Part shown: positions 1 through 10,083 of the stretch, piece after piece
Position numbering within the stretch: the stretch's first letter is position 1
How the letters are laid out: every line of letters starts with the position of its first letter
Assembly: GCA_963205105.1 (NCBI GenBank)
Contig: CAUJJW010000212.1
Location: forward strand, 866 to 64,865
Origin: Verrucomicrobiota bacterium
GTDB taxonomy: Bacteria; Verrucomicrobiota; Verrucomicrobiia; Limisphaerales; CAIMTB01
Reading direction: 5' to 3'
DNA length: 64,000 nucleotides
The notes under the pieces: model-generated
What the model saw: the letters and a program-made list of their open reading frames with translations, nothing else
Told to the model about the DNA's origin: nothing
Databases searched by the model: none
Made by a program: the position numbers and the translations under genes

Positions 1-1149
1 AAGTTTCCTGGCGACACGATCACCTACGTGAACCGGAAGGCCTTTTCGGCGGGGGCCTTCATTGCGGTGGGGACGCGCCGGATCTTCATGGCGGAGGAAG
101 CGGTGATTGGTGCGGCAGCACCGATGATGATGATGCCGGGCGGTGGGCCGGCGCAGTTGCCGGAAACCGTGGAGGCGAAAATGACCTCGGGCATCAAGGC
201 GCTGATCCGGACCAAGGCGGAACGGCACGGGCACAACGTGGAAGTCATGGAGGCCATGATTGATCGCAACAAGGAGTTGGTGATCGACGGCAACATGATC
301 AATCCCAAGGGCCAAATCCTGACCCTCACCAGCATGGAAGCGGCGCGTGCCTATGGCGATCCGCCCAAGCCGTTGTTGTCGTCGGGGACCTATCCGTCGC
401 TGGACGCGCTGCTGGAGGCGGTGGGTTATGGCGGGGCCCGGCGGGTGGAGATTGAACGGACGGGTGTGGAACAGATCGCCTTTTGGCTGAACGCGATCAG
501 TCCGTTGCTGTTGGCGTTGGGGTTGATCGGTATCTACATGGAATTCAAGGCGCCGGGGTTTGGTGTGCCGGGATCGATCGCGGTCGCCTGTTTGCTGCTG
601 TATTTCGCCGGGGGCTACATCGCCGGATTGTCGGGCATTGAGTGGGTGGCGGTCTTTGCGTTGGGAGTGATTCTGATCGGGCTCGAACTGTTCTTCTTTC
701 CAGGGACCCTGGCGTTGGGGCTGGCCGGATCGTTGCTGGTGTTGGTTTCAATCTTCATGGCTGCGACGGACTTTTACCCGGGACTGCCCATGGCGCCGAC
801 CTTGCCGGCCCTGGAGTTGCCGATTCGGAACATGAGTCTGGCGGCGCTGCTGACGGCGGCGGGCATTTGGGCGCTGGGCTACATTTTGCCCAAAACCCCC
901 GCCTACCACGTGCTGGTGTCGCAGGCGACGAGCGGCACGGTGTCTGACGCCCTTCGGACGCGGGAACGTTCGAGCCAGGTGGGCTTGGAGGGCGTGGCAC
1001 TTTCCGTCTTACGACCTGGCGGCAAGGCACAGTTTGGGGACGACGTTCTGGATGTGATCGCGGAGGGCGGCATGATTGAACGTGGCGCGCGGGTGGTCGT
1101 CATCGGTCACAGCTCCCGTGAAGCGGTGGTGCGGGAATGTCAGACTTGA
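1..1149 (+). CDS. NfeD-family membrane-bound ClpP-class serine protease (5' end cut by window edge)
   Basis: Frame 1 is open from base 1 (KFPGDTITYVNRKAFSAGAFIAVG precedes the listed M at 28). It has a ClpP/NfeD-like N-terminal part and a central block of hydrophobic helices (IAFWLNAISPLLLALGLIGIYMEF, VAVFALGVILIGLELFFF). The C-terminal tail resembles the NfeD OB fold (GLEGVALSVLRPGGKAQFGDDVLDVIAEGGMIERGARVVVIG). Confidence 0.8.
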   Translation, partial: KFPGDTITYVNRKAFSAGAFIAVGTRRIFMAEEAVIGAAAPMMMMPGGGPAQLPETVEAKMTSGIKALIRTKAERHGHNVEVMEAMIDRNKELVIDGNMINPKGQILTLTSMEAARAYGDPPKPLLSSGTYPSLDALLEAVGYGGARRVEIERTGVEQIAFWLNAISPLLLALGLIGIYMEFKAPGFGVPGSIAVACLLLYFAGGYIAGLSGIEWVAVFALGVILIGLELFFFPGTLALGLAGSLLVLVSIFMAATDFYPGLPMAPTLPALELPIRNMSLAALLTAAGIWALGYILPKTPAYHVLVSQATSGTVSDALRTRERSSQVGLEGVALSVLRPGGKAQFGDDVLDVIAEGGMIERGARVVVIGHSSREAVVRECQT

Positions 1150-1216
1150 AGGTTGGCGGCATTTTTTCGCCGATCGTTGGTAACCTTGGGTCGCGGAATC
1201 ATCAGGTACCGGGTGT

Positions 1217-2866
1217 ATGGAACCGACGGTTGAATCTGCTTCATCGAAAAGGTGCCCGGCGTGTGGGGCTGTGCTGCCGGAAATGGCGGCCCAAGGTTTG
1301 TGTCCGAAATGCCTGATGGCCGGGGTGGCGACGCCTACGGCGACGGCCTCCGAGGCTGCGGGAGGCCTGGCAGGTGTTCCGTCGATGGAGAAGGTGGCGG
1401 CCGCGTTTCCGCAGTTGGAGATTCTGGGGCTGCTTGGGTCCGGGGGCATGGGGGTGGTGTTCAAGGCCCGCCAGAAGCATTTGAACCGGGTGGTGGCGTT
1501 GAAGCTGATGGGGGAGCCGTTTGCTTCGAAGCCGTCCTTCGTGGAGCGCTTTGAGCGGGAGGCCCGGGTTCTGGCGAAACTCAATCACCCGAACATCGTC
1601 ACGCTGTATGACTTCGGACAGGCGGGTGGCTTCTGTTACCTGCTGATGGAGTACGTGGACGGTGTGAACCTGGCGCAGGCGATGCGGGCGGGGCGTTTCA
1701 CCCCGGCCCAGGCGTTGGCGGTGATTCCCAAGGTGTGCGAGGCGCTTCAGTACGCCCATGAACTGGGGGTGCTGCATCGCGACATCAAGCCCGCCAATCT
1801 CCTGCTGGATGAACGCGGCCGGGTGAAGATCGCCGACTTCGGCGTCGCGAAATTGCTGGGTCAGGAGGCGGCGAACCTGGCTCTCACGGAAAGCGGCGCG
1901 GCGGTAGGGACGCCCGCGTACATGGCTCCGGAGCAGATCGAGCGTCCGGGGGAGGTGGACCATCGCGCCGACATCTACTCTCTCGGGGTGGTTTTCTACG
2001 AGATGCTCACGGGTGAATTGCCGCTGGGACAATTCGCGGCGCCATCCGAAAAACTGGCGATGGACGGTCGGATCGACCAGATCGTCATGCGGGCGTTGAA
2101 GAAGGAACGGGAACTTCGACAGCAGAGTGCGGACGAGGTCCGCACGCAAGTGGAGGGCGTGGTTGGCGGTCCGCCGCCGAGTCCACCCAACCCCCCGCCC
2201 TTATCGAACCGGTCTGCCTGGCGCTCTTCGCGGACCGTTTCGGTGCTCCTCCTGATGCTGGCTCTGGCGTTGATGGTGGTGGTGGCGGTGGGCCTGCTGC
2301 TTCCGACCGTGGGCTATTTCTGGCTGTTCAAGGCTGAGCCCGACACCCGTGCGCGGCCGACGCCGGTGGTGGGATGGCAGACGATATCGGGGGAGGTGGT
2401 GACCGCGACGGGAGGAACCCAGGTGGTGGTGACGCCCCCGACACCCCGTGGGGGTGTCGGAACTTCTGCGGTGGTGAATCCGGTTCCTGAGGGGGCGGCA
2501 CGGGAGCGCCTGTTGATCCGGTTGGAGTTGGCGGAGAAGAAACTGGCCGAAGATCGCAAACGTCACGAAGCGGGTGTGATTGGCTCGATCGAACTCGCCG
2601 AAGCTCAACGCGACGTGGATGTGGGGCGGTGTTTGTTGGTAGGCGACGCTCTCGGGGCGGCGGCGGTTCGGTTGCGCTACGCGGAAGCCCGGTTGGTGGA
2701 GGTGCTTCAGAGGGTGAAAAACGGCGCGGCGAGTGACGAAACCCGTCGTCAGGCCGAGGCCGAGGTCCGCTTGTTGACGATCGATTGGCAGGAAGAGGCG
2801 AAACGAACCGGTCGGCCACCGGACACGAAGGCGGTTCCATCGGCGCAGGCTGACCCGCGACGATAG
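1217..2866 (+). CDS. Serine/threonine protein kinase with N-terminal zinc ribbon, one TM helix and coiled-coil tail
   Basis: ATG at 1217. The N-terminus has a CPACG...CPKC zinc-ribbon motif. Hanks kinase motifs are present: GSGGMGVV, VALK, HRDIKPANLLLD, DFG, TPAYMAPE. A TM segment (VSVLLLMLALALMVVVAVGLLL) is followed by a charged helical C-terminus. Confidence 0.9.
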   Translation: MEPTVESASSKRCPACGAVLPEMAAQGLCPKCLMAGVATPTATASEAAGGLAGVPSMEKVAAAFPQLEILGLLGSGGMGVVFKARQKHLNRVVALKLMGEPFASKPSFVERFEREARVLAKLNHPNIVTLYDFGQAGGFCYLLMEYVDGVNLAQAMRAGRFTPAQALAVIPKVCEALQYAHELGVLHRDIKPANLLLDERGRVKIADFGVAKLLGQEAANLALTESGAAVGTPAYMAPEQIERPGEVDHRADIYSLGVVFYEMLTGELPLGQFAAPSEKLAMDGRIDQIVMRALKKERELRQQSADEVRTQVEGVVGGPPPSPPNPPPLSNRSAWRSSRTVSVLLLMLALALMVVVAVGLLLPTVGYFWLFKAEPDTRARPTPVVGWQTISGEVVTATGGTQVVVTPPTPRGGVGTSAVVNPVPEGAARERLLIRLELAEKKLAEDRKRHEAGVIGSIELAEAQRDVDVGRCLLVGDALGAAAVRLRYAEARLVEVLQRVKNGAASDETRRQAEAEVRLLTIDWQEEAKRTGRPPDTKAVPSAQADPRR

Positions 2867-2991
2867 CCACCCCAACGTCGTGGGTGACAGGGAGGGTTGG
2901 GTGTCAGAACCTTCGCGCCGGTCACGGCGTGAACATCGAGATCCACCAAGTTCAGCAGGGTACGGGGAACTCCGGGAGGCCTGCCCCGGAA

Positions 2992-5900
2992 ATGAGGGCG
3001 GTTGTTTTCAGGCTTCTGGCGGTGTGGCTGGTGGGCCTTGGGCTGGGATGGAGCGCAACGCCACGGGCGTTCGGCGCGGAGACGCCGCCGGCGGTTGTTT
3101 CCCTGGCGGTGACCAATGACCTGGTGGTGCCTGAGGTGGTGTTTCGCCGGATGGCGGCGCTCAGCAACCGCACCGATCTGGCGGTGGGCATTCGCACGAA
3201 TGCGCTGGCGCTGTATGCGGAGGCTGAGCAGCGGCTGACGGAGGGGCGGCGGTTGGTGGAGGATTCGGCCCGTCTGCATGTGGAAACGACCAACGCGCCG
3301 GTGGTGCTGGCGAATTTGCAGGGTCTGCTGGAGGCGCCGGTGACGGGGGTGGTGGGTTCGCTGGTCACCAACGCGACCGTGGCGGAACTGGAGCAGCAGC
3401 TGGCGAGCACCGACGCGGAACTGGCCCAGGCCACGAAGGAACAGGATGCCCTGTTGCAGGAACCTTCCCGGCGTTCCGCGCGGCTGGCGGAACTGACGCG
3501 GCTGATCAGTGAGACGCGCCAGATTCGAGAACGCGTTCTCCAGGAATCGCGTGCACCCCAGCCGGCGGAGTTGGAGCCGGAGATTCGTCAGGCCAACCGG
3601 GATTTGTTGCAGAGCCGCATTCAGTACCGGGACGCGGAGCTGCTGCACTACGAGGAGGAACAGGCGAATCTGAATGCCACCGCGGATGCGACCCGGTTGC
3701 GGCTGGATTTGGCGCGGCGCCGGGTGGCGGCTTTGACCCAGGATCGTGAAACGCTGACCAGCGCTCTGAACCGGCGCCGGGAGCAGGAATCGTTGCAGGC
3801 CTCGCTGCAGGCGGCGCAGGCCACCCGGCGGGCGGAGGCGCTGAACGAACCGTGGCTTCTCCAACTGGCCCGCACCAACACGGTCCTGGCTCAAAACCGA
3901 GCCGCGTTGGCCGAGCGCTTGAAGAGCGTGTCGGTCCGACTGGACACGGTCACCAGCAACCGGCTTTCGCTGCGGGAGAGCTTTCAAAGCTTAAGGGACC
4001 GGGTGGACGCGGCGGAGAGGGCGGGTCTGAGCCGGAATTTCGCGATCGGCCTGCTGCTGCGACGGCAGCAAACAACGCTCCAGGGGCAGGGGGACCATCG
4101 GGAATTGGCGCGCCAGCAATTGGGGGCGATCAGTGATGCCCAGATCGCCCAGTTTGCCGCGGTGGACGCGCGCCGGTCGATCGAGCCCGTGGATCTCGTG
4201 GCGTCGACGCTGGTGAGCCAGCTCTCCGCGGGTGCGGACCCCGAGCGGAGCGCGGTGCTGCTTCAGGAATCCAAGTCCCTGCTCGCCGCACAGCGCGAAC
4301 TGCTCGCCGGTGTGGTCCGGGATTACGACACCTTCCTCGGACTGCTGTTCCGGTTCCAGTCGGCGCTCGAGGAGTCGGCGGGGGTCGTCGATGAATTTTC
4401 GGCGTATCTGGATCACCGGGTCCTGTGGATCCGCAGCACCGAGCCGATCGGCCTCGGCGTGGTTCAACGGGAAGCCGCTTCGGTCCTTGCGGTTTTCGGA
4501 TCGCCGGATTGGAAACGGACGCGCGACTTGGTCCTGGAGGAGCTTCGTCGGTTGGGTGCCAGCGGATGGGTGCTCATGGCGGGCACGGTCCTCTTGTTGT
4601 CATTGCGCGGACGGTTTCTGCGGCATTTGACCGAAGCGGCTGCCTTGGCCAGGCAGGGTCGGAACACCGACATCCGGCCCACGCTGCATGCGGTGGGATA
4701 CACGGTATTGAGGGTGCTGCCGCTGCCGCTGCTCCTGTGGCTGTTTGGGCGGACGGTGATGTCGGCGACGCTTGGGGCGAGCGGGACGTTGGGAACCTTG
4801 GGGCCTGCGCTGATGATGATGGCGACGGTTTTGGTGGTGTTGGGTTTTTTGCGGGAGATCTGCCATCCGGAGGGGTTGGCCATCGCGCATTTTCGAGTGT
4901 CGGAGGGGGATGTCGGACTATTCCGTGGGGCATTGACGACCGGGGTGGTTTTCCTGCCGCTCCTGGCGTTCTTCAACCGGTTGCTGGAGGGGGAGTTTTC
5001 GGAGGGCGTCTCCAACCGCTTGATCTTTATCCCCACGGTGCTGGCGTGTGCGGTGCTGGCCCATCGGGTGCTCCATCCCGAGCGGGGACTGGGCGCGTCG
5101 CAAGTGGAGAGCGCCGCGAATCCGAAGGCCGCGCGTTTCTGGCGGCGCCTCGTGCATGCATCGGCCGTGCTCCTGCCGCTGCTTTTGGCGGCCGCATCGG
5201 CGCTGGGGTACAACTACTCGGCCCGTCACCTCTGGGTGCGGTTCCTGACCAGCATTCTGACGGCGATTGGGTTGAAGCTGGTGAGTGCGGTGTTGTTCCG
5301 CTGGATCTATCTCACCCGCCGGAAACTGGCGATGGCGCACGCCTTGAAGCAGAGGCCAGCGACGGCCGAGGGGGGCGAACCTCCCGCCGAAACGCCATCG
5401 GTGGTGGAAGACACCACGCAATCCGAACTGCTGGCATCCATGGGCCAGGCGCGGCGGCTGCTGGACTGGGCCTATGGTTTGACGCTGGTTTTTTCGCTGT
5501 TTGCGATCTGGTCAGGCACGCTGCCGGCGCTTCAGGCTCTCGATCAGATTCCCTTGTGGAATGTGGAACGGGCCGGGGGCGGTGCGACGTCGGCAGGCGT
5601 GTCCGTGGTGAGTGCGGCGACGGGCGGCGGGGTCGGGGCATCCGCGGCATCCGAAAGTGCTTCCGGTCCGGTGGGAGCGGGATCCCTGGCGGTGGCCGGA
5701 TCCTTTGTGTCGGTTTGGGATCTCCTGGTGGTGTTGTTGACGGTCGCAGTGGTGGTGACGGTGACGACCAACCTGCCGGGGTTCCTGGAAATGGCCGCCT
5801 TCAGCCATGTTCAACTGGAGCGCGGCACCAGCTATGCCATCACCACGACCCTGCGCTATGCGGTGATTCTGGTGGGCATCATCGTCACAGCCCAGGGGCT

Positions 5901-6522
5901 GGGGCTTCAGTGGTCGCAGGTCCAATGGCTGGCGGCGGCCGTGACCCTGGGCATCGGTTTCGGTTTGCAGGAAATCTTCGCGAATTTCGTGTCGGGCCTG
6001 ATCCTGTTGTTTGAACGGCCGGTGCGAATCGGAGACATCGTCACGGTCGGCGACGTGTCGGGGGTGGTTTCCCGGATCCAGATCCGCGCGACCACCATTC
6101 GGGACTGGGACAATCGGGAGTTGATCCTGCCCAACAAGGAGCTGATCACGGGACGGTTTGTGAACTGGACCTTGAGTGACTCGGTCACGCGCATCGTGTG
6201 CACCGTGGGCATCGCCTATGAGTCGGATGTGCGCCAGGCCCAGGCGATGCTGATGGATCTTGCACGCCGCCATCCGGCGGTGCTGGCGGATCCTGCGCCC
6301 GTGGTGACCTTCGACAGCTTTGGGGACAGCAGCGTGAACCTGTCGCTTCGCGTGCACGTCGGTCGAACCGATCAGCGCGGCAGCACGTTGTTCGACCTCA
6401 ACACCAGCATTCTGGAGGAGTTCCAGAAAGCCGGCATCAACATCGCCTATCCGCAACGGGAGGTGACGGTGCGGTTGCTGCAGCCCGACACCCCGCCCGC
6501 CAAGGGGCCGGGCGCGGCCTGA
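2992..6522 (+). CDS. MscK/KefA-like mechanosensitive ion channel (MscS family) with long coiled-coil periplasmic domain
   Basis: The ORF is open from 2884, but ATG 2992 starts a signal-peptide-like MRAVVFRLLAVWLVGLGLGWSATPRAFG. A long Q/E/R/L-rich coiled-coil region and many hydrophobic helices follow. The C-terminal MscS core reads LQEIFANFVSGLILLFERPVRIGDIVTVGDVSGVVSRIQIRATTIRDWDNRELILPN. Confidence 0.85.
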   Translation: MRAVVFRLLAVWLVGLGLGWSATPRAFGAETPPAVVSLAVTNDLVVPEVVFRRMAALSNRTDLAVGIRTNALALYAEAEQRLTEGRRLVEDSARLHVETTNAPVVLANLQGLLEAPVTGVVGSLVTNATVAELEQQLASTDAELAQATKEQDALLQEPSRRSARLAELTRLISETRQIRERVLQESRAPQPAELEPEIRQANRDLLQSRIQYRDAELLHYEEEQANLNATADATRLRLDLARRRVAALTQDRETLTSALNRRREQESLQASLQAAQATRRAEALNEPWLLQLARTNTVLAQNRAALAERLKSVSVRLDTVTSNRLSLRESFQSLRDRVDAAERAGLSRNFAIGLLLRRQQTTLQGQGDHRELARQQLGAISDAQIAQFAAVDARRSIEPVDLVASTLVSQLSAGADPERSAVLLQESKSLLAAQRELLAGVVRDYDTFLGLLFRFQSALEESAGVVDEFSAYLDHRVLWIRSTEPIGLGVVQREAASVLAVFGSPDWKRTRDLVLEELRRLGASGWVLMAGTVLLLSLRGRFLRHLTEAAALARQGRNTDIRPTLHAVGYTVLRVLPLPLLLWLFGRTVMSATLGASGTLGTLGPALMMMATVLVVLGFLREICHPEGLAIAHFRVSEGDVGLFRGALTTGVVFLPLLAFFNRLLEGEFSEGVSNRLIFIPTVLACAVLAHRVLHPERGLGASQVESAANPKAARFWRRLVHASAVLLPLLLAAASALGYNYSARHLWVRFLTSILTAIGLKLVSAVLFRWIYLTRRKLAMAHALKQRPATAEGGEPPAETPSVVEDTTQSELLASMGQARRLLDWAYGLTLVFSLFAIWSGTLPALQALDQIPLWNVERAGGGATSAGVSVVSAATGGGVGASAASESASGPVGAGSLAVAGSFVSVWDLLVVLLTVAVVVTVTTNLPGFLEMAAFSHVQLERGTSYAITTTLRYAVILVGIIVTAQGLGLQWSQVQWLAAAVTLGIGFGLQEIFANFVSGLILLFERPVRIGDIVTVGDVSGVVSRIQIRATTIRDWDNRELILPNKELITGRFVNWTLSDSVTRIVCTVGIAYESDVRQAQAMLMDLARRHPAVLADPAPVVTFDSFGDSSVNLSLRVHVGRTDQRGSTLFDLNTSILEEFQKAGINIAYPQREVTVRLLQPDTPPAKGPGAA

Positions 6523-6534
6523 AGCGGCACGGGT

Positions 6535-9207
6535 TCAGCGGGGAGCGAACTGGATCCAATCGAGGTTCATCAACCCGCCCTTTCCGGGATTGCGAAACAC
6601 GATGGCGACGTCGCCGCGGGACGACGTCGGACGAAGTGGCGACGACAACTCCACCCAGGTTCCCCAGCCGCCGGTGGGCTGGACCTCAAACGAGGCCAGC
6701 AGATCGCCGGTCGGCGACCCCGCCCGCACTTCGAGCGTGCCTCCGACGCCTCCGCTGGCCACCCGAACCGTGGCGTTGGTGCATTCGGTCAGATTGACCG
6801 AGGTGAACCGGAGCGAATGCCCGTGGTCGATCGACCCCACGTTGTTCCCCTGGACCTTGGGTCCGAGGATTTCATCGGCGCGTTCCGCTTCCAATCGAGG
6901 ATGTCGGAGTCGAATCGTGGTCTGGCCGGCCAGGGGATTGGCCGGGGCGCGGCCGGCATCGGTGTAGCTGGCCTCGAGGATGAGCGTGCGGAGTTGGTCA
7001 TCCTTGGGAGCCTCCAATCGTCCCTGAAGACCGCGCACGAGGCCGGCTCCGGCTTTGCCGGGTTCCAGGGCATAGATCCAACGCACCATGAGCTGGATCT
7101 GGTCCCCGGTGAGCGATTCGTGGGGCAACATCGGCACCTCGCCCCAGACCTTGCTGCTGCCTTTCTGAACCCGTTGCACGCTGGCTTCGAGGGCTCCGGC
7201 CTGGCCCCTGTATTTGTTGGCCACCTCCAGGAGCGGTGGTCCGACGATGCGCGTTTCGACGGCGTGGCAGTTGAAGCAGTCGCTTTGCTTCATCAGGGCC
7301 AGACCGGGTTCGTCGGTGGATTCCTTCCCGTCACCCCGGCTCCATCGGGCGTTGACGAATACGCGGGCGTCCATGAGTTCGTCGTCGGTTTCTGAACGGC
7401 CATCCTCGGCGTCCTGGACGGCGACGGTGTACGTCAGGGGATTTCCGGGAACGAAAAAGTCACCGTCCTGGGGTGATTGAAAACGAACCTGGGGTGGGGT
7501 GTTGCCCACGGTGATCGGCAGGCTGGTGCGTCCCGAAGCGCCGTGGGCATCGGTGGCGATGAGTTCGAGCACGTAGTTGCCCGGTTGGGGAAGGACAGCT
7601 TGGGCGCTGGCGCCTTGGGCGAGGGTTTGGTCGCCGGGATGCAGCCGCCATTGAAAGGTGAGAGCGTCGCCCTCGTGGTCCCTGGAGCCGGCGGCGGACA
7701 GGGCGATGGTGAGGGGTTCGCGGCCGGCCTGGGGTGTGGCGGTGGCCTTGGCGATGGGGGCGAGATTCCCGCGTTGATAGGAAATGCGGACGAGTTTGGC
7801 GTCTGCGTTGGCTCCCCACGACTCGCCGAAGTCGAGCAGGTACAGGCAGCCATCCGGCCCGAACTGGGCATCGACGACCCGGCGCAGGACGTATTCGCCG
7901 CGTTGTTCGGCGGCGGTGATCCGGCCCTTGTCGTTGGCGAGCGTTACGGCGGCGGTGAACGGCTCGATGCCGGCCAGGTCGGCGTTGGCATCCAGGCGAG
8001 CCCATTTCAGGAATGGCCTTTGCCAATCGAAGAACAGGAGGCAGTTGTCGAAATGCTCAGGGAAACCGCCGGTGTCGCGGAATTCGGGACGAAAGTGGAA
8101 GACAGGACCGGCGCACGCCGTGCGTCCGCCCTCACCGAGCATGGGAAACTCCGGGGAGGCGCCATAGGGCCAGTAGATGAAGGCGGGTTGGGCGGGGGGC
8201 AGGACTTTGGAGCCGGTGTTGTTGCGGCTTTGGTTGACCGGCCGGGCGGGGTCGAACAGTTCGCCGGGTTTGCGGGTGGCGAAGTCATAACGGGCGTAGG
8301 GGAAGTTCTTCCCGACGAAGTAAGGCCAGCCGAAGAAGCCCGGTTTCCTGGCTTGATTGATTTCGTCGTAGCCGCGTGAACCGCGAGGTCCGTTGCCTCC
8401 GGCGTCGGGGCCGACTTCGCCCCAATAGACGATGCCGGTCTTGGAATCCACGCTCATGCGCCAGGGATTGCGGCAACCCATGGCGTAGATCTCTGGGCGG
8501 CCTTGGGAGCCGTCCTTGGGGAAGAGATTGCCGTCGGGAATGGAATAGCCACCGTGGGGATCGGGTCGGATGCGCAGGATCTTCCCGCGCAGATCAGCGG
8601 TGTTGGCGGGGCCGTCCTGGGCGTCGTACGGCTCGCGTCCCGGGCGTTCGTCGATGGGTGCGTAGCCATCGGAATCGCCACCGGGATGGGTGTTGTCGCC
8701 GGTGGAGATGAAGAGATTGCCGTCCGGCGCGAACTCGACCGAGCCGGCATGGTGGCAGCATTCGTCCCGTTGCACCGGGAACTCGAGAACAACGGATTCG
8801 GAGGCGAGGTCGAGCGAATCACCGTTCATCGTGAAACGGCTGAGGCGTTGGCCGACCAGGTTGGTAGGCGAGTAGAAGAGGTAGATGTGCTGGTTTTGGG
8901 CGAAGTCGGGAGCGAGGGCGAAGCCGAGCAGGCCGTTTTCCTGGGCGGCAAAGACCGGGACGGTTCCGGCTTCGAGGATGCCTGAGCCGGGTTTCCAGAG
9001 CCGCAGTTTGCCGCGGAGTTCGTTGAAGAAGATGCGGCCATCCGGAGCAAGTTCGAGTTCCAGCGGTTCGGCCATGCCGGTGGCGAGGGTCTCGGCTTTG
9101 AAGCGGTAGTCGGGTGGAGGCTCTGCGGCGCGAGTGATGGTGACAGACCCGAGCAGGCAAAGGGTCGCTAAGGTGCAGTTGCAGTGAAGCCGGCGGAGGC
9201 GATTCAT
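6535..9207 (-). CDS. PQQ-dependent sugar (glucose/sorbosone-type) dehydrogenase fused to PKD-like, cytochrome c and CBM6-like domains
   Basis: The product has a signal peptide. SGDH-type propeller motifs are present (GLLGFALAPDF, HHAGSVEFAPDGNLFISTGDN, GCRNPWRMSVD). A PKD-like block follows (LTIALSAAGSRDHEGDALTFQW), then a class-I cytochrome c motif (CFNCHAV ... VPMLPH). The C-terminal beta-sandwich ends GGWGTWVELSSPL...NLDWIQF, which is CBM6/35-like. Confidence 0.8.
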   Translation of the reverse strand: MNRLRRLHCNCTLATLCLLGSVTITRAAEPPPDYRFKAETLATGMAEPLELELAPDGRIFFNELRGKLRLWKPGSGILEAGTVPVFAAQENGLLGFALAPDFAQNQHIYLFYSPTNLVGQRLSRFTMNGDSLDLASESVVLEFPVQRDECCHHAGSVEFAPDGNLFISTGDNTHPGGDSDGYAPIDERPGREPYDAQDGPANTADLRGKILRIRPDPHGGYSIPDGNLFPKDGSQGRPEIYAMGCRNPWRMSVDSKTGIVYWGEVGPDAGGNGPRGSRGYDEINQARKPGFFGWPYFVGKNFPYARYDFATRKPGELFDPARPVNQSRNNTGSKVLPPAQPAFIYWPYGASPEFPMLGEGGRTACAGPVFHFRPEFRDTGGFPEHFDNCLLFFDWQRPFLKWARLDANADLAGIEPFTAAVTLANDKGRITAAEQRGEYVLRRVVDAQFGPDGCLYLLDFGESWGANADAKLVRISYQRGNLAPIAKATATPQAGREPLTIALSAAGSRDHEGDALTFQWRLHPGDQTLAQGASAQAVLPQPGNYVLELIATDAHGASGRTSLPITVGNTPPQVRFQSPQDGDFFVPGNPLTYTVAVQDAEDGRSETDDELMDARVFVNARWSRGDGKESTDEPGLALMKQSDCFNCHAVETRIVGPPLLEVANKYRGQAGALEASVQRVQKGSSKVWGEVPMLPHESLTGDQIQLMVRWIYALEPGKAGAGLVRGLQGRLEAPKDDQLRTLILEASYTDAGRAPANPLAGQTTIRLRHPRLEAERADEILGPKVQGNNVGSIDHGHSLRFTSVNLTECTNATVRVASGGVGGTLEVRAGSPTGDLLASFEVQPTGGWGTWVELSSPLRPTSSRGDVAIVFRNPGKGGLMNLDWIQFAPR

Positions 9208-9553
9208 GGAAGGATCGGTTAGCGGACGAAAAACGGGGGTGGGCGGGTCACCTGGCCTCGGGTGGCAGGACCCTCACCAGCTGGGTTGATCTGAACGCGG
9301 CATCGGTTGGGGTGATCATCGATCCCAGCACGAGCGGAAGGAACGCAGGGTTCATCAGGCGGACCAGTGTGGGAGGCTTCATGTTGGCCGCGGATCTTCG
9401 GCAGTGAGGGAGGTTCGGTGCAACCCGCAACCCCCTCGCCCAGAAGATCGCGGGTGGATTCCTTCTCGAACCGTCAACGTCTCGTAGTTTGGGCAACGAC
9501 GGATGAACCGCCGATGGGGAATGGCGAATGGGGAATGCGGAAGAGGGGCGGTT

Positions 9554-9652
9554 CCGTAGCGGCGGGCGTCCCGCCTGCCGTAGAGGGGGGCGTCTCGCCC
9601 CCCCCGGAATCCCCTGGTTCAAGGACCATGAACAGGTCGATTTCGTACAAGG
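9554..9652 (+). repeat. Module-A dispersed intergenic repeat, full unit (+ orientation)
   Basis: The sequence is CCGTAGCGGCGGGCGTCCCGCCTGCCGTAGAGGGGGGCGTCTCGCCCCCC..GGAATCCCC.GGTTCAAGG...CCATGAAC. The same unit recurs at 17493, 34647, 35002, 35114, 39734 and 39851. It contains hairpins GGCGGG-CGT-CCCGCC and GGGGGGCG-TCT-CGCCCCCC. Confidence 0.85.
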
Positions 9653-9678
9653 CGCAGTCCCCCTGCGAAGGGCGGATT

Positions 9679-9988
9679 CAGATTGCCTGTCCCTCTGTGC
9701 AAGTTGCTGCAGGACGCCTCCGTCCAGGGTGTCTGTCACCCAGTCATCCGTCACCCAGTCATCCTCAAACCCAACTCCCACGCGACCGGTTCTGTCGCCC
9801 CTCCCGGGGCTCAAACACCTTCCAATGCCTCACCCATGGCTCACGCCATGGGCTTCCGTTCTTTCGGCCCTCCGGGCCTGCGGAACTGCGGTCGTCCCGC
9901 CTGCCGGAGGGCCGAGTCAGATTGCCTGTCCCCCTGTGCAAGTTGCCGCAGGACGCCCCCGTCCAGGGTGTCTGTCCCCCTGTCATCC
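9679..9988 (+). repeat. Pair of 71-nt direct repeats (module D: 9679-9749 and 9918-9988)
   Basis: My hand alignment gives 5 mismatches in 71 nt (cagattgcctgtcccYctgtgcaagttgcYgcaggacgccYccgtccagggtgtctgtc...gtcatcc). The motif CTGTCCCYCTGT recurs about 6 times between 9686 and 10065. A 15-nt duplication, tcacccagtcatcc(g), lies at 9736-9764. Confidence 0.85.
9791..9880 (+). repeat. Right-half copy of module-B repeat
   Basis: tctgtcgcccctcccggggctcaaaca...cacccatggctcacgccatgggcttccgttctttcggccctccgggcc matches the right arm and 3' part of the B elements at 34912-35000, 45764-45860 and 49281-49375. Confidence 0.8.
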
Positions 9989-10083
9989 GGTCAGGCTGCC
10001 TGTCCCTCTGTCATCTGTTCTCCGTCCTCCGTCCCATGGGGACGCTCTTCAGGGTGTCTGTCCCCCTGTTGGGGGTGCTTCAA

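Noticed and set aside
1150-1216. Weak hairpin GGCG-gcatttttt-CGCC after the NfeD stop as a terminator
   Set aside because: The stem is only 4 bp and the T-run lies inside the loop, not after the stem. That is not convincing.
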